Assembly: GCA_030684635.1 (NCBI GenBank)
Contig: JAUXUW010000247.1
Location: 1-44,466 of the forward strand
DNA from: Dehalococcoidia bacterium
Lineage (GTDB): Bacteria; Chloroflexota; Dehalococcoidia; UBA2979
Length of the DNA stretch: 44,466 bases
Reading direction: 5' to 3'
Shown here: positions 16,887 to 23,896 of the stretch, in pieces
Layout: every line of letters starts with the position of its first letter
Position numbering within the stretch: the stretch's first letter is position 1
Made by a program: the position numbers and the translations under genes
The notes under the pieces: model-generated
Database searches by the model: none
Told to the model about the DNA's origin: nothing
What the model saw: only the letters and a program-made list of their open reading frames with translations

Positions 16887-17632
16887 CCGCTGACCCGTAC
16901 TACCGCGACTGGGCAGACCTGTACGACGAGCACTCTCGCGGTGTCCCCGGTGATGTCGACTTCTATGTTGGCCTCGCGCGAGAGGCGGACGGCCTGGTCG
17001 TGGAGCTCGGTGTCGGCACCGGCCGCATCGCCGTCCCCAGCGCCGTCGCGGGCGCGCGCGTCCTCGGGATCGACCGCGCGCCTGCGATGCTGGCGATCGC
17101 GCGCCGCCACGCGCAAGAAGCGGGCGTCGCGGACCGCCTCGAACTGGTCGAGGGCGACATGCGCACGTTCACGGTGCCGGAGCCTGCCGCGCTGGTGACG
17201 ATCCCGTTCCGTGCGTTCCTCCACAACCTGACCGTGGACGACCAGTTGGCGACGCTCCGGGCGTGCCGGTGGGCGTTGCGGCCGGGCGGCCGGCTGGCGC
17301 TGAACGTGTTTCAGCCGGATCCCGTGCTGATCGCACGGGCGCGCTCGCGCAGCCCTCGGACGTGGGAGCCGTGGGGCGGCGCGGACAGCGTGATCCGGGG
17401 GCGGCACACGCACGACCTGGCGGAGCAGGTTGTGACGACGCAGTTACGCCGCCGGGGTCAGCATGGGCGCTGGGTGGACTCGTCCGTCACCCTCCGGTGG
17501 GTGCACCGGTTCGAGATGGAGCACCTGTGCGCACGGGCCGGGCTGGAGGTCGAAGCGCTCCATGGCGACTTCGCAGGAGGCCCGCTCGTGGATGGCTCCA
17601 GAGAGATGGTCTGGATTGTCCGTCGCCCATAG
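16883..17632 (+). CDS. Class I SAM-dependent methyltransferase
   Basis: The GTG start overlaps the previous stop (GTGA). Motif I is VVELGVGTGRIAVP, followed by post-I VLGIDRAPAML and motif II-like LVTIPFRAF. Confidence 0.8.
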   Translation: MTADPYYRDWADLYDEHSRGVPGDVDFYVGLAREADGLVVELGVGTGRIAVPSAVAGARVLGIDRAPAMLAIARRHAQEAGVADRLELVEGDMRTFTVPEPAALVTIPFRAFLHNLTVDDQLATLRACRWALRPGGRLALNVFQPDPVLIARARSRSPRTWEPWGGADSVIRGRHTHDLAEQVVTTQLRRRGQHGRWVDSSVTLRWVHRFEMEHLCARAGLEVEALHGDFAGGPLVDGSREMVWIVRRP

Positions 17633-17679
17633 CCGATCCGCTGTTGACAACAAGTTTGTGACAGACGGCACGAAAAGGG

Positions 17680-17707
17680 TTGACAGGCTGATCGTGATGG
17701 TTATGCT
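17680..17707 (+). promoter_or_regulatory. Sigma-70-type promoter candidate in an AT-rich island
   Basis: TTGACA (17680-17685), a 16-nt spacer, then TATGCT (17702-17707). It lies about 50 nt upstream of the riboswitch aptamer and is flanked by inverted repeats at 17645-17663 and 17708-17721. Confidence 0.5.
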
Positions 17708-17754
17708 CTTGTTGTCACAAGCACGAATCTTGCACATACGTAATACTCGTGCTG

Positions 17755-17885
17755 GTGGCCTGCTTAATCGTCACGCGCTCAGCGCACGGCGACCGGGGGA
17801 ACCAACGACTGGGGTGAATCCTCCCACGGGAGGACGGGCGTACTGAACCGGCCCGAACCCGACAGCTAACCTCGGAGGCAGTCTG
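17755..17885 (+). ncRNA. ydaO/yuaA-class riboswitch (c-di-AMP sensing) aptamer
   Basis: Four ordered conserved blocks are present: CUGCUUAAUC (17760-17769), GGGGGAACCA (17795-17804), GGGGUGAAUCC (17811-17821) and CCCGAACCCGACAGCUAACCUCGGAGGCAG (17852-17881). CUGCUU can pair with AGGCAG to form a closing P1. The element sits in the 5' leader of the ORF at 17949. Confidence 0.8.
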
Positions 17886-17948
17886 GGTCAGCCCGACCGG
17901 CGGGATGCCGGATGCGGACGAAACCAGTATGAGTGAAGGAGGGCCGCC

Positions 17949-18161
17949 ATGATCGTGAGCGCCCCGCCGAAGAAGTGCCCCCGCTGCCAGGGCCTGATGA
18001 TTATCGAGGACGACTGGTACGGCCAGTTCGGCACGTGCGTAGCCTGTGGCTACGTCCACGAGGCCCAGCGCTGTGACCCGAAGGACCTCGAAGAGGAAGA
18101 GCGATTGGCCGCGGGCAAGCAGCGCCGCCGCCAGCCGTCCCACGGCAAGCTCCGCCTCTAG
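17949..18161 (+). CDS. Small C4 zinc-ribbon protein (70 aa) with a basic C-terminal tail, function unknown
   Basis: A strong SD (AAGGAGGG) lies 5 nt before the ATG. The Cys pattern is CPRC-N16-CVAC, followed by an acidic patch (DLEEEE) and then KQRRRQPSHGKLRL. The ORF is followed by a terminator hairpin. Confidence 0.6.
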   Translation: MIVSAPPKKCPRCQGLMIIEDDWYGQFGTCVACGYVHEAQRCDPKDLEEEERLAAGKQRRRQPSHGKLRL

Positions 18162-18188
18162 TCCCTTCCGCCCCGCGGAACTCCTTCA

Positions 18189-18213
18189 GGCGTCGCCGGA
18201 ATCCGGCGACGCC
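18189..18213 (+). terminator. Terminator-like hairpin after the zinc-ribbon ORF
   Basis: GGCGTCGCCGG-aat-CCGGCGACGCC is a perfect 11-bp stem, followed by GTTGG. Confidence 0.55.
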
Positions 18214-18299
18214 GTTGGCGTGCCCGCCGGTGCGCCCTATGCTCCCGTCCACGATTCGCTGACGCTCAGGGTGAGCACCCAGCCAGGAGAGAAGGTCCC

Positions 18300-18608
18300 A
18301 TGCCATACGTCCGCATCACGACGATGATCGCACGCACCGGCGAGGAGCAGCGGCTCGAGAAGACCATGCGGGAGCTTTCCGCGTTCTACGCGAAGCAGCC
18401 CGGGTACGTTCACGGCTACATGCTGATGCCGCACCACGACGCCTCGCCTCGGCGGTTCGGCCGGATCGGTGTGTGGCAGGACGAGAAGTCGGCCACGGAT
18501 GCCGCGCAACTGGACCACGCACTGGCGCTCCGCTCCGAGCTCCTGCGGATCCTGGTGGAGGAACTCCATGACGAGTACTCCTTCATCGGGGAGCCTGACG
18601 CCGTCTAG
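18300..18608 (+). CDS. ABM (antibiotic biosynthesis monooxygenase / Dabb) fold protein
   Basis: 102 aa. MPYVRITTMIARTGEEQRLEKTMRELSAFYAKQPGYV...GRIGVWQDEKSA is the typical ferredoxin-like ABM pattern. The SD is AGGAGAGAAGG. Confidence 0.6.
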   Translation: MPYVRITTMIARTGEEQRLEKTMRELSAFYAKQPGYVHGYMLMPHHDASPRRFGRIGVWQDEKSATDAAQLDHALALRSELLRILVEELHDEYSFIGEPDAV

Positions 18609-18625
18609 CGCGTCACCACCGGCCG

Positions 18626-18669
18626 CCATCCGGGGTTGCGCCGCGCACCGTTGGCGTCCCCCCGGATGG
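18626..18669 (+). terminator. Long-loop hairpin followed by a T tract after the ABM gene
   Basis: CCATCCGGGG ... CCCCGGATGG forms a 10-bp stem with a 24-nt loop, followed by aatccgtgcTTTTcg. Confidence 0.35.
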
Positions 18670-18696
18670 AATCCGTGCTTTTCGTCCTCGGAAGTA

Positions 18697-18731
18697 GGGG
18701 GTTCCCTCATAGGGAGCCCTTAGGGGTATCC
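18697..18731 (+). promoter_or_regulatory. Shared leader motif, copy A (upstream of the NarL-type regulator)
   Basis: GGGGGTTCCCTCATAGGGAGCCCTTAGGGGTATCC. Compare copy B at 20151-20182. It contains the palindrome TCCCT-cat-AGGGA and the heptamer AGGGGTA. An inverted TACCCCT lies at 18765-18771. Confidence 0.35.
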
Positions 18732-18786
18732 GTAGCATCAGTGGCCAGGCGTCGAGATACGCTTTACCCCTCTCCCGGAGGCCCCG

Positions 18787-19545
18787 ATGAATGAACGCAT
18801 GCCCACCGCGCCCATTGCCCGCAGCCGCCCGATGACGCGGAGCGGGCAGCGCATCCGCATCCTGGTCGCCGATGATCACGCGCTGCTGCGGCAGGCGCTC
18901 CGGATGCTCCTGGAGGCCCAGGACGGCCTGGAGGTGGTGGGCGAGGCGACCAACGGCCGAGACGCCGTGGAGGTCGCAGAGCGGCTCATGCCGGACGTGA
19001 TCCTCATGGACATGGTCATGCCCGGCCTGAACGGCATCGAGGCGACCCGACAGATCCTGAAGCGCGCCCCCGGGTGCCGCGTCCTGATCCTCACCGCCTA
19101 CCTGGAGGATGAGCGTCTGCTCCAGGCGCTGCGCGCTGGTGCGGCCGGCTACGTCGTGAAGAACTCCGACATGGAGGAACTCCTCCTGGCGATCCAGTCC
19201 GTGTTCCGCGGCAACACCTACTTCTCCACCTCGGTCTCCGACGAGATCTCGGTGAACGAGGTGATGATGCAGGCGAAGCAGACGGAGGGCCGGGCCGGCT
19301 ACGACCTGCTCACGCCGCGCGAGCGGGAAGTGCTCCAGTTGATCGCAGAAGGCCTGTCCAACCAGGCGATCGCGGACGAACTGGTGATCAGCGTGAAGAC
19401 CGTGGAGGCGCACCGCGCCCACATCATGACCAAGCTTCACGCGAAGAACCGCACGGACCTGATCCGCTACGCGATCAAGCGCGGGCTGGTCGGGCTCGAC
19501 TCGGACGACGCGGGCGAAACGGACTCCGACCGCCGCGCGGTCTAG
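18787..19545 (+). CDS. Response regulator, NarL/LuxR (DegU-like) family
   Basis: The REC domain is present (ILVADDHALLRQ...VILMDMVMPGLNG...ILTAY) with a C-terminal LuxR HTH (LTPREREVLQLIAEGLSNQAIADELVISVKTVEAHRAHIMTKL). No histidine kinase gene is adjacent. Confidence 0.85.
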   Translation: MNERMPTAPIARSRPMTRSGQRIRILVADDHALLRQALRMLLEAQDGLEVVGEATNGRDAVEVAERLMPDVILMDMVMPGLNGIEATRQILKRAPGCRVLILTAYLEDERLLQALRAGAAGYVVKNSDMEELLLAIQSVFRGNTYFSTSVSDEISVNEVMMQAKQTEGRAGYDLLTPREREVLQLIAEGLSNQAIADELVISVKTVEAHRAHIMTKLHAKNRTDLIRYAIKRGLVGLDSDDAGETDSDRRAV

Positions 19546-19621
19546 TCCGGCGGTTTCCGACCCCCTTCTTGAGGTGAACGCGCCATGAGCGCCTGCCGCG
19601 GAGCCTGCGGGTGGAGATTTA

Positions 19622-20074
19622 GTGATTGATGTTCCGTCCGCGACAGTGGTCTGGGATGATCTCGCCACCGTGAGCGAGCCGTCACAGCCCACCACGCCGC
19701 CCTCCGTCCTCGTCGTGGAGGATGAGACGAGCGTGCGCTCCATGCTGGCCCTGGCTATCCGAGCCGCCGGCTTCACCGTGCACCTGGCAGTGGACGGCCA
19801 GGATGCATGCGATCAGTTGGACGCTGGGCTGGCCGTGGACGTGCTGCTGATGGACATTCGGATGCCGCGCATGGGCGGCATCGAGTTGCTGCGCTTCCTC
19901 CGTTCCGATCCCCGGTTCGTGGGCCTCCCCGTGATCGCCATGTCCGCCTACAGCGACGAACTGCAGGAGCAGGAGGTTCGCGCCGCCGGTGCTGTCGCCT
20001 TCCTGCCGAAGCCGTTCACGATCGCCGATCTGCGCAGCGTGCTCGACGTGATCTCCGGCCCGCCGGCGCGCTGA
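19622..20074 (+). CDS. Single-domain response regulator (CheY-like receiver)
   Basis: VLVVEDETSVRSML...VLLMDIRMPRMGG...VIAMSAY...FLPKPF are the receiver motifs. The start is GTG, with a ~28-aa N-terminal extension. Confidence 0.8.
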   Translation: MIDVPSATVVWDDLATVSEPSQPTTPPSVLVVEDETSVRSMLALAIRAAGFTVHLAVDGQDACDQLDAGLAVDVLLMDIRMPRMGGIELLRFLRSDPRFVGLPVIAMSAYSDELQEQEVRAAGAVAFLPKPFTIADLRSVLDVISGPPAR

Positions 20075-20150
20075 CGCGCGCCCGCCGTCCCCCTCCCCCG
20101 CGCGCTGAGGTGCGCCCGTTCGGCCCGCCGAGCGCGCCCCGCGAACCTCG

Positions 20151-20182
20151 GGGTTCCCTCAGGGAGAGGGTGGGGTAGTCCC
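20151..20182 (+). promoter_or_regulatory. Shared leader motif, copy B (upstream of the flbD flagellar operon)
   Basis: GGGGTTCCCTCAGGGAGAGGGTGGGGTAGTCC. It shares GGGGTTCCCTCA..GGGAG and GGGGTA with copy A, and both copies are preceded by CCTCGG. Confidence 0.35.
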
Positions 20183-20262
20183 CAATACGGAAGCAGCGTC
20201 CCCCGCCGAACAATGGTTTCCGGCGCCCCGCGCACCCGCGCACTCCGCCGTGGAGGCCTTCC

Positions 20263-20493
20263 ATGATCCGTGTGACCCGCCTGGACCGCAGCCAGTTCTA
20301 CCTGAACGCAGAGCTCGTCCAGAGCGTTGAAAGCACCCCGGACACCCACATCGTCCTGATGAACGGTCACTCCTACGTGGTCCGCGAGACGGACACGGAG
20401 ATCGTGGACGCCATCCTTTCCTACCGGCGAGCCGCGTATGGCGGCGGTGTCTCGCGGCCGCCAATGGTCCTGGTCCAGAGCGAGGCGGAGTAG
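20263..20493 (+). CDS. flbD: Flagellar protein FlbD (SwrD-like)
   Basis: 76 aa. MIRVTRLDRSQFYLNAELVQSVESTPDTHIVLMNGHSYVVRET is the FlbD family pattern, and the gene is immediately upstream of motA. Confidence 0.85.
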   Translation: MIRVTRLDRSQFYLNAELVQSVESTPDTHIVLMNGHSYVVRETDTEIVDAILSYRRAAYGGGVSRPPMVLVQSEAE

Positions 20494-20496
20494 CAG

Positions 20497-21309
20497 ATGG
20501 GCGCGACGACGATCGCAGGACTGGTGATTGCCGCCATCGGCATCCTCGGTGGCTACGTCATCGAAGGTGGCTCGATTGCGTCGCTGATCAACCTGCCCGG
20601 CTTCATGATCGTGGTGGTCGGCACGCTGGGCGCCACCGTCGCCTCCTTCCCGCCGTCGCTGGTTAAGAGCATCCCCACCTCGTACCTGCGCGCCCTGAAG
20701 GGCGGCGGCGGTGCCGAGCCGGCGGAGATGGCGGAACGCCTGGTCCACATGGCCGACAAGGCCCGCCGCGAAGGCCTGCTCTCGCTGGAGGAGGACGCCC
20801 AGAACGTGGGCGACGACTTCGCGAAGAAGGGCCTGATGCTGATGATCGACGGCACGGACGCCGAGGCGTTGAAGTCGATCCTGGAGATCGAGATCGACGG
20901 CGCCGTCGCCCGCGAGGCGGAGAAGGCGGAGGTCTTCAAGGCCGGCTCCGGCTTCGCCCCCACCCTGGGCGTGCTGGGCGCGGTCATGGGCCTCATCACG
21001 GTGCTCGGTGGCCTCGGTGGCGACGTTGCCGCGCTGGGCCACGGCATCGCCGTCGCGTTCGTCGCCACGTTCTACGGCGTGGGTGTCGCGAACGTGATCC
21101 TGCTGCCGTTGGCGAGGAAGTTGGAGGCGATCGCCGGCGAGGAGCGCATCGTCCGGGAGATGATCCTGGAAGGTGTTCTCTCCATTCAGGCGGGTGACAA
21201 CCCCCGCATCGTCCGCGAGAAGCTCCAGTCCTACCTGGCGCCGGAACTCCGCACTGCGGAAGAGGACGAGGGCGGCTCTGCCACCATCGCCGCCCGGCAG
21301 GCCGCATGA
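20497..21309 (+). CDS. motA: Flagellar stator protein MotA
   Basis: 270 aa with 4 TM segments. It has the MotA/TolQ/ExbB channel C-terminal region (APTLGVLGAVMGLI...AFVATFYGVGVANVILLP). Confidence 0.9.
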   Translation: MGATTIAGLVIAAIGILGGYVIEGGSIASLINLPGFMIVVVGTLGATVASFPPSLVKSIPTSYLRALKGGGGAEPAEMAERLVHMADKARREGLLSLEEDAQNVGDDFAKKGLMLMIDGTDAEALKSILEIEIDGAVAREAEKAEVFKAGSGFAPTLGVLGAVMGLITVLGGLGGDVAALGHGIAVAFVATFYGVGVANVILLPLARKLEAIAGEERIVREMILEGVLSIQAGDNPRIVREKLQSYLAPELRTAEEDEGGSATIAARQAA

Positions 21310-22058
21310 GCCGGAAGTCTGGCCCTCACGAAGAACATCCGGACGAGCGCTGGGTCATCTCCTACGCGGACCTGGTCACGCTGCTCTTCGGCTTCTTCAT
21401 CATCCTGTACGCCACCGCCGATGCGAACGAGGTCAAGATGGAGGCCCTTGCACGCGGCCTCTCCGAAGCCTTCAACGTCAGTGTGAAGGACGGTTCCGTT
21501 GGCGGCTCCATCTTCGAAGGCGGCACCGGGATCATCCCCGGCCAGGCGGATGTCGGATCGCTGGAGCTCGACCTGGACCTGGTGCAGCGCCTCATCCAGG
21601 AGGAGTCCGCGCGCGCAGGCTTGGAGGGACAGATCAAGGTCTCGCGGGAGGACGACAGCATCGTCATCCGCCTCGCGGACAACCTGGTCTTTCCGTCCGC
21701 CAGCGCCGACGTCCGCCCCGAGGCGCGTGCGCTCCTGGCGATCGTCGCGAAGGCGCTGAAGAGTACGGGGAACGAGGTCCGCGTGGAGGGTCACACGGAC
21801 AACATCCCGCTCATCACAGACAAGTACCCGTCCAACTGGGAGCTCTCGTCAGCCCGCGCCACTGCCGTGCTGCGGCTGCTCACGGAGGACCTGGGCGTGT
21901 CGCCCGGCCGCGTCTTCGCGGCCGGCTACGGGGAGTTCCGGCCGATCGCCGAAAACCGGACGCCGGAAGGGCGCGCACTCAACCGGCGCGCCGACATCGT
22001 GATCCTCTACCCGCCCGTCCGGATCCAGGGCGCGGGTGCAGCCGGTGGGAGCCGCTGA
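21306..22058 (+). CDS. motB: Flagellar stator protein MotB (OmpA-like peptidoglycan-binding domain)
   Basis: ATGA overlap with motA. The TM/plug region with the conserved Asp is present (RWVISYADLVTLLFGFFIILYA), and the C-terminal OmpA domain is present (VEGHTDNIP...NWELSSARA...NRRADIVI). Confidence 0.9.
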   Translation: MSRKSGPHEEHPDERWVISYADLVTLLFGFFIILYATADANEVKMEALARGLSEAFNVSVKDGSVGGSIFEGGTGIIPGQADVGSLELDLDLVQRLIQEESARAGLEGQIKVSREDDSIVIRLADNLVFPSASADVRPEARALLAIVAKALKSTGNEVRVEGHTDNIPLITDKYPSNWELSSARATAVLRLLTEDLGVSPGRVFAAGYGEFRPIAENRTPEGRALNRRADIVILYPPVRIQGAGAAGGSR

Positions 22059-22688
22059 ATGAGCAAGCCGATCATCCTCGCCGTTGGTGGTGCCGTCGCC
22101 GGTGTCGCCGTCGCGTTTGCACTCTTCACGTTTGTTCTCGGCGGGTCGGGAGAAGCCGCCCCGGTGGCGGAGCCCACGGTCGTGAGCGTCCCCGGGAAGC
22201 TGGGGCCACACATCACGCTCGCGGACCGCGTCTTCAACCTCCGCACCGATGGCGGCTCGCAGATCTACCTGAAGCTTCAGACCGCCATCGAGTTCGAGAC
22301 GAAGGACGCAGCCTGGGCGCACGTGCTGACGGGCTGCGGCGCGTCCGCTCCCCATGGCGCAGACCTCCGCTTGGGGGGCGAGCTGATGGTGTCCTCCGTC
22401 CCGGGCGGGCCGGGCCCGCGCCGAGCGGTGGAGGCGGGCGCCGCGGAGGACCCGTGCGTGGCGGAGCAGAAGCACCTCCTCGCCGAGTTCGAGAAGCAGA
22501 TCGGGACCGGCCGGCAACTGCTGGAGGACGCGATCACCACCATCGTCACCGCCCATACGCCGGCCGATCTGGCGACCACGGAGGGCAAGGAGGCGTTGAA
22601 GGCAGAGATCCTGCACGCCGCCGAGGAGATCTTCCACGGTGAGCCCAGCCCCACGCGCGTGCTCTTTCTGAACTTCATCACCCAGTAG
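22059..22688 (+). CDS. fliL: Flagellar basal-body-associated protein FliL
   Basis: There is an N-terminal TM segment. The FliL core is present (LADRVFNLRTDGGSQIYLKLQTAIEF ... ILHAAEEIF...VLFLNFITQ), with an inserted ~50-aa segment in the middle. Confidence 0.7.
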   Translation: MSKPIILAVGGAVAGVAVAFALFTFVLGGSGEAAPVAEPTVVSVPGKLGPHITLADRVFNLRTDGGSQIYLKLQTAIEFETKDAAWAHVLTGCGASAPHGADLRLGGELMVSSVPGGPGPRRAVEAGAAEDPCVAEQKHLLAEFEKQIGTGRQLLEDAITTIVTAHTPADLATTEGKEALKAEILHAAEEIFHGEPSPTRVLFLNFITQ

Positions 22689-22732
22689 GACTGAGATGCC
22701 GCCCGTGACATCGGGCGGTCGGAGATACGGCC

Positions 22733-23863
22733 ATGGCAGACCAGGGTGCGTTGTCCCGATGGGAGATCGAGGCGCTGCTGAAGGGCATCCCGGCTGAGGA
22801 GGCCGTGGAGCTCGCGGACAGCGCTCAGCCCTCCGCGCCCGAGCGGTCGCTGACCCGCGTCATCAAGGCGTACGACTTCCGTCGCCCCGACAAGTTCTCC
22901 AAGGAGCAGTGGGCAACGCTGCAGGCGATGCATGAGCACTTCGCCCGCATGCTCGGCGCCTCTTTCTCGTCACGCCTGCGCACGCTCGTCACGATCCGAC
23001 TGTCGAGCATCGACCAGGGGCTGTACGAGGAGTGGCAGAGCCAGGTCCCGAACCCGACCGTCTGCTACGTCCTGTCGCTGGCGCCGCTCTCCGGCAACAT
23101 CGTGGTTGAACTGAACCTGGACATCGCCGCGGAGGTGGTCGACCGGCTGCTGGGCGGTACGGGCACCCTCCTGGACCGCTCGCGCGAACTGGGTGAGGTG
23201 GAGGTGGGGCTGCTGCGCACCTTCTCCCGCAACATCAGCAACGCGCTGCAGGAGATGTGGGCGAATGTCCGTCCAATGGAGCCCACGCTCCAGGACCTGG
23301 GCCAGGACGCCAGCCTGATCCAGGTCGCCGCCCCCACCGACGTGGTGCTGACCGCGTTCTTCGAGGTCAGCGTGGCCGGCCACATGGGTGCGATGTCGAT
23401 CTGCGTCCCCTACACGGTGATTGAACCGATCGCTCCGGCGCTGTCCGCGCAGGTGTGGATCGCGTCCTCGCACCGCCAGGCGCTGACAGACGAAGAGCGC
23501 CACACCATGGAGCACCTGATCGGCCGCAGCCGGCTGGACGTCAGCGTCCGCCTCGGCAGTGTCGACCTGCCCGCGCGTTCGATCGTCGGCATCGCGGAGG
23601 GCGACACGTTCATCCTGGACGCCCGCCTCGGACGCCCACTGGAAGTGCTCGTTGGCCAGCACGTCCGTTTCCTCGGCCTGCCGGGCGTCGTCGGAAACCA
23701 TGTTGGGGTGCAGGTGTCCGAAGTCGTCCAGGAGGAGACGTTCGGGTTCCTCGGCCGCAAGCCGATGAACCTGCCGTCCCCGCCGGGCACCCCCGTGGTG
23801 ACCATCTCGCCGCTCATCCAGCCACTCACCACGTCCGCCGGCGACGCCGCCGGCGACGCGTAG
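22733..23863 (+). CDS. fliM: Flagellar motor switch protein FliM
   Basis: An N-terminal CheY-P-binding peptide (LSRWEIEALL) and the FliM core (VIKAYDFRRPDKFSKEQ...) are present, with a C-terminal FliN-like SpoA domain. Confidence 0.9.
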   Translation: MADQGALSRWEIEALLKGIPAEEAVELADSAQPSAPERSLTRVIKAYDFRRPDKFSKEQWATLQAMHEHFARMLGASFSSRLRTLVTIRLSSIDQGLYEEWQSQVPNPTVCYVLSLAPLSGNIVVELNLDIAAEVVDRLLGGTGTLLDRSRELGEVEVGLLRTFSRNISNALQEMWANVRPMEPTLQDLGQDASLIQVAAPTDVVLTAFFEVSVAGHMGAMSICVPYTVIEPIAPALSAQVWIASSHRQALTDEERHTMEHLIGRSRLDVSVRLGSVDLPARSIVGIAEGDTFILDARLGRPLEVLVGQHVRFLGLPGVVGNHVGVQVSEVVQEETFGFLGRKPMNLPSPPGTPVVTISPLIQPLTTSAGDAAGDA

Positions 23864-23896
23864 TTCGCGCTCAGACCGCACTGACGGAGGACCATC

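Noticed and set aside
18613-19776. 387-aa minus-strand ORF, and similar ORFs at 19948-21042, 21173-22642, 22970-24118, 29927-31417 and 30984-32294
   Set aside because: All are antisense or frame-shifted relative to response-regulator or flagellar genes with unmistakable family motifs. They are GC-driven open frames.
20208-20221. LexA (Cheo-box-like) site CGAACAATGGTTTC upstream of flbD
   Set aside because: The second half-site is GTTT rather than GTTC, and the spacing is ambiguous. This is a single imperfect match with no supporting context.
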